Of a stretch of DNA of 64,000 bases, positions 38,685-48,402 are shown in pieces; within the stretch, counting starts at the first letter, position 1, and every line of letters begins with the position of its first letter. Made by a program: the position numbers and the translations under genes. The DNA lies in the IMG/VR virus record IMGVR_UViG_3300033141_004958, one strand, 5' to 3'. Origin of the DNA: an uncultured virus (IMG/VR IMGVR_UViG_3300033141_004958) (Duplodnaviria; Heunggongvirae; Uroviricota; Caudoviricetes). A model generated the notes under the pieces. The model worked only from the letters and a program-made list of their open reading frames with translations. It made no database searches and was not told where the DNA came from.

Positions 38685-40233
38685 TGGAGTAAAAATTGAG
38701 GGAGAATTATCCAAGTTCACGGACGATCGTATAGCTGAAGTACGAAAATGCATGGATGATATTATCTACTTTGCGGAAAATTACGTTAAAATACTTCATC
38801 CTACAAAGGGATTTGGTTTAGTAAAGCTTTACGATTGTGAGAAGCGTATCATACGGGCACTTTGTAATGAACGATTTATCCTTCTAAATGCAAGCCGCCA
38901 AATTGGAAAAACTACATCAGCCAAAATCTACATCTTGTGGTTAGTGACATTTCATAAAGATGTTAGTTGTGCTATATTGGCTAATAATCAACGCAGAGCA
39001 GCGACGATATTAGCAGAGATAAAGCAAATGTATGAAATCTTGCCGGATTGGATGAAGCCTGGCGTTAGATATGATGCATATAATCGACTTCAGGTTAAAT
39101 TTGATAATAATTGTAAAATTATAGTAGGGGCTACAAGCCTTGGCGCAATAAGAGGAGAGGGCATTACTGTTTTATTCTTAGATGAGTTCGCATGGGTACC
39201 ATCTCAAATTGCCGACGAGTTCTGGAGTGCTAATTATCCTACCATTTCGGAAGGTGGCCAAATAGCAATAGCATCAACACACTCTGGGCCGTCTGGCAAA
39301 TTTTATGAATTATGTGAAGCCGCAAAAATAGGGGCAAACAACTTTACCTACATAGAGATACCATGGTACGAACATCCAGAACGCGATAATAAATGGCGCG
39401 AGATGGTAATAGACGATATTGGACCCATTGTTTTCGAGAGAGAATATAATTGTCAGGCATTAGGTTCGACAACAACATTAATTAGTGCTACCACATTGGC
39501 TAATATGGTTCCGGAAACACCTATATGGGAATCTTCTGTAAGTGATAGATTTACGGAACGAGTTTTTGCAGACCCTATACCAAATCGACTATATTTAATG
39601 GCTCTTGACCCCGCCGCCGGCACCGGGCGAAGCGAATCAGTAATTAAAATCTTTGATTATACAGAAATACCAATAGTTGAAGTATATTCTTTTGCTGATA
39701 GCCTAATTAATACATCCGATTTCAAGGCCCAAGTTTTACAAATGGGGCGAATGTATAATAACGCATACATTTTTTGTGAAAATAATGGGCTTGGTCAAGC
39801 TATAGTAACTCCGCTGTGGAATGAAGATGGCTATGAAAATATGTATATAAATAAGGCGGGAAATCCGGGAATTGCATCTACGGTTGCCAGAAAGCGCGAA
39901 GCGTGTATTCGTCTGAAAGATGCTCTAGAGCATAACAAAATGTTGATTCGAGATTCCGATACCATAGCACAGCTTGGTAAATTTGTCGAACACGATGGAA
40001 CGTTTAGAGCCCAACATAAAAGCGATAGAGATGATCTGGTAATGGCATCTGCTTGGGCTGCATGGGCAATGAAAGAAGAACAATGGCAACAAATTGTAAT
40101 GCGAGCAAAGGAACAAATGAAAAAGGTTAAAATGGATCCACTTCACCAAGTAATAGCCGGCGTTAAAAATAAATCGTTTGCTGAGAGGATGCGGGATGAA
40201 CACGAAGAACTTACACGCTGGTTGCTATCGTGA
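38665..40233 (+). CDS. gp17: Terminase large subunit gp17
   Basis: YFAENYVKI, SRQIGKTT, LDEFAW, AST, FEREYNC, LDPAAG, ENNGLG, DDLVMA. Confidence 0.96.
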   Translation: MSPRRRSGVKIEGELSKFTDDRIAEVRKCMDDIIYFAENYVKILHPTKGFGLVKLYDCEKRIIRALCNERFILLNASRQIGKTTSAKIYILWLVTFHKDVSCAILANNQRRAATILAEIKQMYEILPDWMKPGVRYDAYNRLQVKFDNNCKIIVGATSLGAIRGEGITVLFLDEFAWVPSQIADEFWSANYPTISEGGQIAIASTHSGPSGKFYELCEAAKIGANNFTYIEIPWYEHPERDNKWREMVIDDIGPIVFEREYNCQALGSTTTLISATTLANMVPETPIWESSVSDRFTERVFADPIPNRLYLMALDPAAGTGRSESVIKIFDYTEIPIVEVYSFADSLINTSDFKAQVLQMGRMYNNAYIFCENNGLGQAIVTPLWNEDGYENMYINKAGNPGIASTVARKREACIRLKDALEHNKMLIRDSDTIAQLGKFVEHDGTFRAQHKSDRDDLVMASAWAAWAMKEEQWQQIVMRAKEQMKKVKMDPLHQVIAGVKNKSFAERMRDEHEELTRWLLS

Positions 40234-40766
40234 CCTACAAAGATCTTTTAATATTGGCAAGAAGGGCGAAATTTGCCCCACATAATGGTGTTATTGAACG
40301 GGGCAGATGCTCTCCCATATATTATGCTGGTATTGATAGAGATGGCATAATATATGCCGTTTCCGGCCATAAGAAAAAATACATAATAGAATTGTATATA
40401 GATGGTATGAAAGAGTGTATTGATTTAGTAAATGCCAATGTCATACGCTCTCATCGTGATGTTATTGGCCGTATGAAAAATGCAATTGCAACGGGAGATG
40501 TAGAAGTCTTTTGTTCTTGTCCGGCATTTTTGTATTGGGGTTATAGGTACATATGCTCTAAACTACATATTGGACATGATATTCGAGAATTTCGATATCC
40601 ACGCATTAGAAACCCAAAGCTCGAAGGAAGTATTTGTAGACATTTAGCACAATTTCTAATATATATACCAAAGATAACTAATAAAATAGCCAGCGATATA
40701 TGGATAAAGAAGTATTGTAAGCATTCGCTAAGCGAACGCATTAGATGGAGGAAACAATATGAATGA
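40230..40766 (+). CDS. SWIM-type zinc-finger protein
   Basis: FCSCPAFLYWG...PRIRNP..GSICRHL. Confidence 0.7.
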   Translation: MTYKDLLILARRAKFAPHNGVIERGRCSPIYYAGIDRDGIIYAVSGHKKKYIIELYIDGMKECIDLVNANVIRSHRDVIGRMKNAIATGDVEVFCSCPAFLYWGYRYICSKLHIGHDIREFRYPRIRNPKLEGSICRHLAQFLIYIPKITNKIASDIWIKKYCKHSLSERIRWRKQYE

Positions 40767-41256
40767 TTCTATAAAAATAACTGGTAGAGTTACTCTTAAG
40801 GTTACCAGTGAAGGCAAGGTTCGCAGGTTACGAACATATAAAAACGTTATAACCACCGATTTACTTGAAAATATTGTTCGAACATTTAATATGCAATCCA
40901 ATGCCATTTCGGCTTATGATTATATTGCGCTTGGTTCTGGGGATACAGAGGCATCGGCCTCTGATGTTGGTTTAGATAATGAATTTTCGGCATCCTCTTG
41001 GGGCGCCACCGGAGCATATGGTGATAGCGGAAGAATTAATGGTACAACAGGCATAGATCTAACATCACTGACATACACAGTGTCGGGAAATATTACTAAT
41101 AATTCCGGTTCTACAATTACGGTCAAAGAAGCTGGATTATTTAGTACTGACACTATAGGTTCTACCGGTGATATGGGGTCTCGTCGAGTTACTTCTCCAA
41201 CCCCTGTGGAAGATGGCGAAAAACTATATTGCATATGGACGTATACGATATCATAA
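40759..41256 (+). CDS. Probable tail/baseplate-associated beta protein
   Basis: NVIT, YIALGSGDT..SDVGL, KEAGLF pattern typical of tail-collar-like proteins. Confidence 0.6.
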   Translation: MNDSIKITGRVTLKVTSEGKVRRLRTYKNVITTDLLENIVRTFNMQSNAISAYDYIALGSGDTEASASDVGLDNEFSASSWGATGAYGDSGRINGTTGIDLTSLTYTVSGNITNNSGSTITVKEAGLFSTDTIGSTGDMGSRRVTSPTPVEDGEKLYCIWTYTIS

Positions 41257-41270
41257 TAGGAAATTAGCAA

Positions 41271-41825
41271 ATGAGTCAACAATTTGCGGTCGCCAATCCA
41301 ACGCAAGGCCAAAACTTTAAGCTTGAATTTGTCGAGATGTCTGTTGCCAACATACTATCGGATGGCGAGGAAAATAATATTCGACATTTTTTGCTTACTG
41401 TATTTAATGTGGCATTGCCAGGTGTATCATTGCCGGCAGAGCGACTTGGTAATACATTTGCCGCTGTTAATTCCCGCGGCCTACGTTTAGAGTTTGATCC
41501 GCTACAAGTATCATTTATTGTAGATGAAAATTTTATGAATTATAATTTTATGTTACTGTGGTTGTTTGCCCAAAAGTCTCCGGAAGAATTTGCCGGAATA
41601 ATTGATGATGCAAACTATGCGGATTATGACTGGCATAGTGATTTGATTCTACATATTTATGATAATAATGGAATTGAGCGAGGCTCTTACACATTCTATA
41701 ATGCGCATCCAACCGCTCTTGATACCATAGATCTAAATTATCAGGAATCTGCGCATCGCATATGCACCGTAGAATTTACATATCATTTTTTCAAACCAAC
41801 CGGCGGATTTGAATTTAGTTACTAA
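41271..41825 (+). CDS. gp3: Tail tube terminator gp3 (tail-tube fold)
   Basis: VALPGVSL, FDPLQVSFIVDENFMNY, FYNAHPTAL, VEFTY. Confidence 0.85.
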   Translation: MSQQFAVANPTQGQNFKLEFVEMSVANILSDGEENNIRHFLLTVFNVALPGVSLPAERLGNTFAAVNSRGLRLEFDPLQVSFIVDENFMNYNFMLLWLFAQKSPEEFAGIIDDANYADYDWHSDLILHIYDNNGIERGSYTFYNAHPTALDTIDLNYQESAHRICTVEFTYHFFKPTGGFEFSY

Positions 41826-41843
41826 AAAAAGAAGAGGTAAAAT

Positions 41844-42965
41844 ATGCTGACATTTAAGAGCTTTCTTGAAAAAAATAAATTAGTGGAACGCCCCGAATAC
41901 ATTGTATTAACACCAAAGAAAACAGGGCATGTACTGGGTATAGTAGATACTGATTCCCCAAACTATAGTGCTGTTGTTTCGCGAGTTCAAAATGTGACTG
42001 TAGAAGATTATATTTCAGAGCAAGTAGATCGGTGGCTTGAAGAACGTAATCTAAATATACCTACTATAAAATCACAATTGCTATTGTGGATACAACGGTA
42101 TTTTAGCGCGACGGCAGAGATGATGGCCGAATTTTTCGATATGGTAATTAATTCACCGGTTAATATACCATACAAAAAAGAGGCCATAATTGAATTATCA
42201 TCGATATTTGATCCATACAAAAAATATTTTAATGAGGCATTTTTCACGAAACTACTAGATTATAAACCGGCTATACCAGGACAAACAAACATTGGCCGCG
42301 GCGAAATAGCATTAGCACTTTTAACACAACTTAAAAAATCTCCACATGCCGGTGACCTTGTTGATGGAAATAATGTTATTGAACTTAAAGGCTATCATGG
42401 TGCTTTCTGCGGGGCATGGCAGGAAAAAATAGGTGGCGTGATCGCAAAACGTAATGTCATAGAATATATTATAGAGTGGGTTAGGGAAATTGAGCAAAAT
42501 AATTCAAAATCAAAAGATCCTAAATTTAACGCCGAAATAATATATAATATGTTAGAAGATCTTAACAAAAGAAAAGAATTTGGTAAGCAGGACCTGACAC
42601 TATTACATGAACTATTAAATACTACAGATCTTCTCAAAAACAACTCGGCATTTCTTGAAGGGTTGCTTGAGAATATGGCAAATATTAGAGGTATTAGTAT
42701 TACAAATGCTATGCTAACTGAATTCAAAAAGGTTCTTAATGGTCGCCCAATTGATATGCAACCATTTGTTCTGGCATTTCATTTTACTTTATATAAAACG
42801 ATTGAGGCTTTTTCATATATATTCTTCTTTACTCGTGATAACTCTAAGTTTATACCATACTCGGCATCTAAATCATTTGCAGCCGATATTGCGTTTTTTA
42901 GAAAATACGCAACTGTAGGAACATGGGGCATGCGCGGGGCATTTAGGGTTATGGTAAAGTTCTAA
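41844..42965 (+). CDS. Hypothetical protein with PD-(D/E)XK-like motif; possible head-packaged protein
   Basis: N-terminal MLTFKSFLE; GRGEIAL...GDL....IELKG. Confidence 0.55.
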   Translation: MLTFKSFLEKNKLVERPEYIVLTPKKTGHVLGIVDTDSPNYSAVVSRVQNVTVEDYISEQVDRWLEERNLNIPTIKSQLLLWIQRYFSATAEMMAEFFDMVINSPVNIPYKKEAIIELSSIFDPYKKYFNEAFFTKLLDYKPAIPGQTNIGRGEIALALLTQLKKSPHAGDLVDGNNVIELKGYHGAFCGAWQEKIGGVIAKRNVIEYIIEWVREIEQNNSKSKDPKFNAEIIYNMLEDLNKRKEFGKQDLTLLHELLNTTDLLKNNSAFLEGLLENMANIRGISITNAMLTEFKKVLNGRPIDMQPFVLAFHFTLYKTIEAFSYIFFFTRDNSKFIPYSASKSFAADIAFFRKYATVGTWGMRGAFRVMVKF

Positions 42966-42981
42966 TCCGGAGGTTTATGTG

Positions 42982-43137
42982 ATGAGTAGAAGCATAAGAA
43001 ATGGCGATGGTACATTAAAGCCAAAGAAAAAGTACAATAGGTCATCGTTTAAGAATGACGCACAAGCGATAATAGAAACGGAGTTAAGTCAAATTGATGT
43101 AGTTAAAAAGGATAGTGATTATGACAAAAATAAATAG
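42982..43137 (+). CDS. Small hypothetical protein (51 aa; not in the ORF track)
   Basis: GGAGG RBS then MSRSIRNGDGTLKPKKKYNRSSFK...; fills intergenic gap. Confidence 0.45.
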   Translation: MSRSIRNGDGTLKPKKKYNRSSFKNDAQAIIETELSQIDVVKKDSDYDKNK

Positions 43138-44026
43138 TGATTATATTGAGGAATTTGAACAACAAATGGATAGGTTGTTCGAAGATAATCGATGGGCAAT
43201 GATTGTTCTACAAGGCAATCCGGATCAAACCATTTTAGGTATTGTCGATTTACCTGATACCCTTGCTCCAGATGCATTGTTGCGAGTTATGTCGGTACAT
43301 CCGGCACTAAAAGAAATACATAATAATAGTAAAATCCTTGTGATATCTAACGCAGCTATAGTTTCACATGCGGCACGTGCGGCAATGGAAGATGGATATG
43401 TGGATATTAGGAACTTCGAGTTGAGTTCAGCTATTACACCATTGATTGATATGCCATTGGGGGCCGCGCCGAAAAATAGTGGTATAATTGCAATTCCCAT
43501 AGACAAGATTAAGATGTTTATTCCGGTAGATATGATTAAGACTATTCAAAGCGCGCCTCAGATTAAGGAGTATTTATTTAATGTAGTAATGGCAGAGGAA
43601 AATGGCCGGGTATCTAAGGAGATGCGTCGTATAGACCGAGAGACAGAGCGTCGAATTCGCGGACCGGTGATTGCTGCAGGAAAAAGTGTGTATCGAGCTG
43701 CGAGGGACCTTTGTCCGATAACAGAGGATATGTCGATGCTGGATGGGTCTACTATGATATTAACTATAGCAGGAGATGAACCACCAGAAAAAATTGCCAA
43801 CCTTATTTTACTGGATGCCGCCATTGATGTATCAGAAAACAATCAGGAATTTGTCGCAAAATGTCAAGCATCTGCACAAGGACGGACAATAAATACCCTG
43901 GGTGATATAATTTCAATAATAGCAAATCAAATATTGGAGGCATCAGGTGCGGAACTCACAGAATCATATGACACTACTGACGGAGGTCTCAACCAACAAA
44001 GCAATTCAGCATCTGGAGCATCTTGA
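43115..44026 (+). CDS. Hypothetical protein
   Basis: 303-aa ORF in operon order. Confidence 0.6.
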   Translation: MIMTKINSDYIEEFEQQMDRLFEDNRWAMIVLQGNPDQTILGIVDLPDTLAPDALLRVMSVHPALKEIHNNSKILVISNAAIVSHAARAAMEDGYVDIRNFELSSAITPLIDMPLGAAPKNSGIIAIPIDKIKMFIPVDMIKTIQSAPQIKEYLFNVVMAEENGRVSKEMRRIDRETERRIRGPVIAAGKSVYRAARDLCPITEDMSMLDGSTMILTIAGDEPPEKIANLILLDAAIDVSENNQEFVAKCQASAQGRTINTLGDIISIIANQILEASGAELTESYDTTDGGLNQQSNSASGAS

Positions 44027-45797
44027 AGACCTGGTTATTAATAATGGCCGAGAAGGCGCTGCGCTCATATCAGATATTTTACAAGAACTTATTCAGATCA
44101 TTTTGGGCATTAGTTCTGATGGTAGTATAAGTATTAAAATAGACGGCTCGCCTGCTTTAGTATTTGGTATAGATCCCAGAAAAAATGTCAAAGAGTATGG
44201 CACATTCTTTATAGGCACCAAATCGGCATTCAATAAGACCGAGCCGAAATTGGCGCACTCTAAGAAAGAGATTAGTATTCTTTACAGTAAGTCGCCAGCA
44301 GCAGTACAGGCGATACTACTGGAATGCTTCGATCCACTAAAGAAGATAATTAAAGATGGAATATATCAGGCAGATTTTCTGTTTGGACCAAATGATAAGC
44401 GCAGGTATGAAATCGATGGCCAAAAGTATATTGTATTTACTCCAAATACAATAACATATGCTATACCCGTTGATAAAAAATCCAATTTATATAATAAAGT
44501 TAATGCTGCTAAAATAGGCTTAGTTATCCATACGCGCTATAGATGTATAGACGAAAATTCAACTCAATTAATTGTTAGCCCCATCAATTTGGGAGATATA
44601 AATGATATTGAATCTTCAGCATCCTCAGTAAAGGCTTTTATAATAACACCAAGCGTAGATTCTCAGATAATTCGAGACACGATAGATGTCTCATTCCTCG
44701 AGATGGCACAGAAAGAACTTAAATCAAGGGCAATAAAGATTCCGGGCGTCATTGATAAAATATGGGATGCTAAAGTAAAGGCAGAAGCCAAAAAGTTTAT
44801 AAATAAGCTGATTAGACAAGGCCCCTCGCAAATACGGTCTATAATTTCTACCAATGATGCCACAACTCTTACTGAATTGTTCTTTGAATATCTACGCTCT
44901 CCCGATAAAATTAGGGGGTTCGGTAAGTATGAAAATCGAATTGAATATGTAAATTCCGTATTAGTACCACAAACGACTGCTGTTGCCCGATTATTCGATA
45001 TATTTTTAGTAGCGTTGCATATTAAAGAAAGAGTACTTGAGCAATTACAACATCTGGGAAACGTGCTGGGAAAGCATTTCATAATGAAAGGAGATGGGTT
45101 TGAGGCAACCGGACCGGAAGGGTTTGTTTTGACTACCGATAAAGGCATTATTAAGTTTGTTGACCGGCTAAATTTTTCTCGATTTAACTTCTTAATGGGC
45201 GTGGGCGAATCCATGAACGTTACTATAGATACCATACTATCTGAGGCCGGCATATCTATTAATAGAGTATCTCGTCGTATAGGTAATAAAACGGCAGCCG
45301 TTGTACTGGGTAGATTTTCGGTACTAACAAAGGCACATCTTGAACTATTCAAAGATGCATCACGTTATCCAGTGGATTTAGTAGTTATTTGTATAGTAAT
45401 GGGTAAAAAAAGCTCGAGGGATAAAGATAAAAACCCAACCACGTTTCAATTGAGAAAGGAAATGATAGATGCTGCATTTTTATTTCCGCATAAAGTAATT
45501 AAAGCAGATACTGGCTTTATAGGTGATTTCATAAACACCTTGCGAAATTTAAACATTGAGCCAAAATATCTTATCGTTGGCCCCGATCGGGCAAAGGGCA
45601 TGCAAGCACAGGTTGATAGATATTCTGATGAACTTAATTTAGATTTAACCGTCGTTCCCGCAGGAACAAAGGTTGGACAGGATGTCAGGGCAACATTTGC
45701 ACGATTGGCTATACGTAATGGTGATAAAAAGGAATTTATGCGAATAACACCACGAAGTATATGGTCATTTTGGGACAAACTTAGAAAAATAGTATAA
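43968..45797 (+). CDS. Fusion of a conserved T4-like ligase-like domain and a C-terminal cytidylyltransferase-like domain
   Basis: HLEHLEDL, KIDGSPALVFG, EGFV..KFVDRLNFSRFNF; then VLGRFSVLTKAH, VGPDR, RATFAR. Confidence 0.7.
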   Translation: MTLLTEVSTNKAIQHLEHLEDLVINNGREGAALISDILQELIQIILGISSDGSISIKIDGSPALVFGIDPRKNVKEYGTFFIGTKSAFNKTEPKLAHSKKEISILYSKSPAAVQAILLECFDPLKKIIKDGIYQADFLFGPNDKRRYEIDGQKYIVFTPNTITYAIPVDKKSNLYNKVNAAKIGLVIHTRYRCIDENSTQLIVSPINLGDINDIESSASSVKAFIITPSVDSQIIRDTIDVSFLEMAQKELKSRAIKIPGVIDKIWDAKVKAEAKKFINKLIRQGPSQIRSIISTNDATTLTELFFEYLRSPDKIRGFGKYENRIEYVNSVLVPQTTAVARLFDIFLVALHIKERVLEQLQHLGNVLGKHFIMKGDGFEATGPEGFVLTTDKGIIKFVDRLNFSRFNFLMGVGESMNVTIDTILSEAGISINRVSRRIGNKTAAVVLGRFSVLTKAHLELFKDASRYPVDLVVICIVMGKKSSRDKDKNPTTFQLRKEMIDAAFLFPHKVIKADTGFIGDFINTLRNLNIEPKYLIVGPDRAKGMQAQVDRYSDELNLDLTVVPAGTKVGQDVRATFARLAIRNGDKKEFMRITPRSIWSFWDKLRKIV

Positions 45798-46255
45798 TGC
45801 GATATAATGGCAATAGATATTCTGTTATACCAAAGCATCAAAATCGATGTCGAAATAAACTTCCATTATCAGTTAAATCATCTCTGGAGCGAAAGTTTAT
45901 AGAAATTTTAGATTTATCTGATAACGTAGTTATGTGGAAATATGAACCATTTGTAATACCCTACTACTCTATAGTAACTCGATGTAGATGTAACTATATA
46001 CCAGATTTTATAGTCAAGGTCAGAGACGACGATGGTAATTACCAACACTATCTTATCGAAATAAAACCATCTGCATTCGCGAAACCCCCAAGAAGGACGA
46101 AGAATAAAAGCCGAAAGCAGCATATGCAAGAATATCTGGAATACCTAAAGAATGTTTCAAAATGGGAGGCGGCAAAGCAATTTTGTACGCGAACAACACC
46201 ACCCCTTAAATTTCGTGTTGTTACAAAAAGCATGATGTCCAACAATTTTTTCTAA
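45797..46255 (+). CDS. gp4: Head completion nuclease gp4 (TnsA-like)
   Basis: SSLERKF, W.YEP..IPY, YIPDF, IEIKP, N.SKWEAA. Confidence 0.88.
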   Translation: MRYNGNRYSVIPKHQNRCRNKLPLSVKSSLERKFIEILDLSDNVVMWKYEPFVIPYYSIVTRCRCNYIPDFIVKVRDDDGNYQHYLIEIKPSAFAKPPRRTKNKSRKQHMQEYLEYLKNVSKWEAAKQFCTRTTPPLKFRVVTKSMMSNNFF

Positions 46256-46272
46256 ATAATCAAAAAAAATTC

Positions 46273-46300
46273 TTGACGTGCCGTTATTTCAATATATAAT
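46273..46300 (+). promoter_or_regulatory. Sigma70-type promoter
   Basis: TTGACG-16 bp-TATAAT with upstream A-tract, before tRNA-Ala. Confidence 0.75.
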
Positions 46301-46320
46301 ATCGTTCATTGAAAAAGAGT

Positions 46321-46397
46321 GGGGCCGTAGCCAAAACTGGAAAGGCACTGCTTTTGCACTGCAGCTATTGTGGGTTCGAATCCCACCGGCTCCACCA
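46321..46397 (+). tRNA. tRNA-Ala(TGC)
   Basis: Cloverleaf, G3:U70, loop TTTGCAC, encoded CCA. Confidence 0.93.
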
Positions 46398-46439
46398 ATA
46401 ATTTTTTATGGGGATAATATAGGGAATGGGGAATAGTTT

Positions 46440-47042
46440 ATGCGGCAAATAAATAATGTAAGCATGAAGGCGTTTATTTTGGGCTTCATCCTTGGGTGGT
46501 GGCTTGTTATCATTCTGGTGAGCATTATAGAAGATTCTAATGCCCGGCCAGATGAGCCCTCAATGGAAAAGTCGATATCAGTTGCACATAATAATATACA
46601 CACTGTAAATAGTGCATCACCAATGTCAGATGTCCTATATTTTGGTACTGCTGCAAATGGTATGATTGATTTAGAAGTGATAGCAATTATTGAATCCAAT
46701 AAACGCGCGGATGCAGTTTCGCCAGTTGGAGCAAGGGGCATATGCCAAATTATGGAGCCCACCTGGCGAGAATTTTGCGATGCGCCATTTTCCGAAGCAT
46801 TTAATCCACAACTTAACATAGAGGTTTCGCGGCGATATTACAATTGGCTATACAAATATTTTAGTACGCGAGTGCCGGATTGGCATAATCTTACTTCGTC
46901 AATAAAGATTAGGCTTTTGTTGGCTGGTTATAATTGGGGCATTGGTAATCTACGTAAGAATAATTGGGATTGGCGATGTGCTCCTGCTGAAACGCAGGCT
47001 TATATAGTTCGTTATTTTACGGAGGTTAGCAATGTTAACTGA
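46440..47042 (+). CDS. Lytic transglycosylase (SLT domain) with N-terminal membrane anchor
   Basis: IIES, AVSPVGARGICQIMEPTW, AGYNWGIG, ETQAY. Confidence 0.88.
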   Translation: MRQINNVSMKAFILGFILGWWLVIILVSIIEDSNARPDEPSMEKSISVAHNNIHTVNSASPMSDVLYFGTAANGMIDLEVIAIIESNKRADAVSPVGARGICQIMEPTWREFCDAPFSEAFNPQLNIEVSRRYYNWLYKYFSTRVPDWHNLTSSIKIRLLLAGYNWGIGNLRKNNWDWRCAPAETQAYIVRYFTEVSNVN

Positions 47043-47402
47043 TGTTGATATAGCCGAAGTAACCGGGGCGTCATAGCCAAATATCTACGAACAGCCAGAG
47101 AGCACCTCCAATTATGGAAACAATTCGCTTCCTACGGAACTGCGTCGATGCTGCTGAGAATGCAATATTTAGTATTACGCTTGTCGCCAATTCATTAATG
47201 AATTGGCTGTGAAGATCTGCAACAGACAATAAAAAGGGTTGGCAAACTACAAAAAAGATTATTGAAGTGAACTATAAGAAGAATGTTATGGCTGGTATGA
47301 AGCGGACAAATGAGTGGGCGCGGGAAGCTGATAAGCCCTACCATGAGTTCTTGTTTTTGATCAAGAAGAGATGACTCGCGTTAGCGCTTGTGTCGTCTAT
47401 TT

Positions 47403-47591
47403 TTATGGAGATAATTTTCCTATACTTTCGCTGCCCGCCGCGGCGGGAAGGAGTGAGAGGAAGGTCTTCCGCTCGTCGAGATGGCGTTTCCTGGCGCAGT
47501 TCGTGATCCCCCAGCAGTCCCCGACGACGATCGCGATCGTCGTCTCCTTGGCCCGGGTCACGCCAGTGTAGAAGAGGTTGCGGTAGAGCAT
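47403..47591 (-). pseudogene. GC-rich fragment of a RecD2/SF1B helicase C-terminus
   Basis: MLYRNLFYTGVTRAK...IVVGD...R.TFL is helicase motif VI and tail; composition sharply GC-richer than flanks. Confidence 0.75.
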
Positions 47592-47639
47592 TCGGCTGAT
47601 AACCGAATAATGGGAGTTCGTTTCTCTCCTGGCCAACCA
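47582..47639 (+). pseudogene. 5'-truncated tRNA-Ile(GAT)
   Basis: GGTAGAGCA-TTCGG-CTGATAA-CCGAA, T-arm and CTGGCCA-A-CCA present; 5' acceptor strand and D-stem 5' half missing. Confidence 0.8.
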
Positions 47640-47658
47640 AAATATTTTAATTTTTTTC

Positions 47659-47686
47659 TTGACCGTGTTGCCATATTATATATAAT
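47659..47686 (+). promoter_or_regulatory. Sigma70-type promoter
   Basis: TTGACC-16 bp-TATAAT with T-tract upstream. Confidence 0.75.
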
Positions 47687-47713
47687 TTATGCACGAATGG
47701 TAAAGGAATAGAT

Positions 47714-47869
47714 ATGAAGGCCGAACGATTTAAGATAGATCTTCGAGCCATACTTATTGACATGGTAAAAAATGGAGAGGGTATTCGACCTACGGTTGAT
47801 CCCCGTTGGGCGAATCGACCAACAATGCCAATTCGCTTCTTAACCAAGAAACAGGATGCAGCAGAGTAG
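47714..47869 (+). CDS. Small hypothetical ORF (possibly frameshifted 5' half of the next ORF)
   Basis: AAGGA RBS, 51 codons, downstream of promoter. Confidence 0.4.
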   Translation: MKAERFKIDLRAILIDMVKNGEGIRPTVDPRWANRPTMPIRFLTKKQDAAE

Positions 47870-47871
47870 AC

Positions 47872-48102
47872 ATGATGTTGTTTTCTGAATTGAAAGCAAA
47901 TTGGCCGGATGTTGAATTCAAACAGTATCCTGAAGAAATACGCAACGACACTTATACGGTTTGTATTCGCGCATATATTAATCCGTCCATGAATTTGCCG
48001 GTTAATGAAAAAATTGAATATGATGTAATTCGCGGCAACCTCGAAAGTGCCATCGATGCTATGCATAACTTTCTCTCTCGACGGTATGGGCGGAAATCAT
48101 AG
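47872..48102 (+). CDS. Hypothetical protein
   Basis: ORF between promoter and tRNA-Pro; start uncertain. Confidence 0.4.
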   Translation: MMLFSELKANWPDVEFKQYPEEIRNDTYTVCIRAYINPSMNLPVNEKIEYDVIRGNLESAIDAMHNFLSRRYGRKS

Positions 48103-48138
48103 GAAGAAGATTTTTAGTTTAGTTCATTGACATTATAT

Positions 48139-48213
48139 CTGGGTGTAGCTCAGTAGCAGAGCACTGGTTTTGGGCACCAGGGGCCGTGGGTGCGAGTCCC
48201 ACCACCCAGACCA
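48139..48213 (+). tRNA. tRNA-Pro(TGG)
   Basis: Cloverleaf, loop TTTGGGC, CCA; T-loop TGCGAGT. Confidence 0.92.
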
Positions 48214-48226
48214 TTAAAAAAAGAAT

Positions 48227-48302
48227 GCCCGGTTAACTCAATTAGAAGAGTGCCACTCTTACAAAGTGGAAGTTGTAGGTGCAAGTCCTACACTGGGCAC
48301 CA
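48227..48302 (+). tRNA. tRNA-Val(TAC)
   Basis: Cloverleaf, loop CTTACAA, CCA. Confidence 0.93.
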
Positions 48303-48311
48303 TAACATTGT

Positions 48312-48398
48312 GCCGTTGTACCCAAGTCTGGTTAAAGGGGCGTGACTGTAAATTACGCGACGTTGTCTTCGTAGGTTCGAATCCTACCAACGGCACCA
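48312..48398 (+). tRNA. tRNA-Tyr(GTA)
   Basis: Cloverleaf with long variable arm, loop CTGTAAA, CCA. Confidence 0.93.
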
Positions 48399-48402
48399 TT
48401 GA

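Noticed and set aside
6995..40233. Inteins or group I introns in nrdD, gp43, gp41, gp17
   Set aside because: Lengths are normal, motifs are contiguous and no intein splice motifs or embedded endonucleases are visible.
1763..45841. Long antisense ORFs (1763-2347, 2366-2731, 17228-17656, 44663-45352 and similar)
   Set aside because: They lie opposite well-supported genes and show Ser/Phe/Ile-rich antisense composition.
47032..47300. Gene after the transglycosylase (GGAGG RBS plus ATG near 47032)
   Set aside because: Frame stops after 14 codons and other frames are short; possibly a decayed gene, but no recognisable product.
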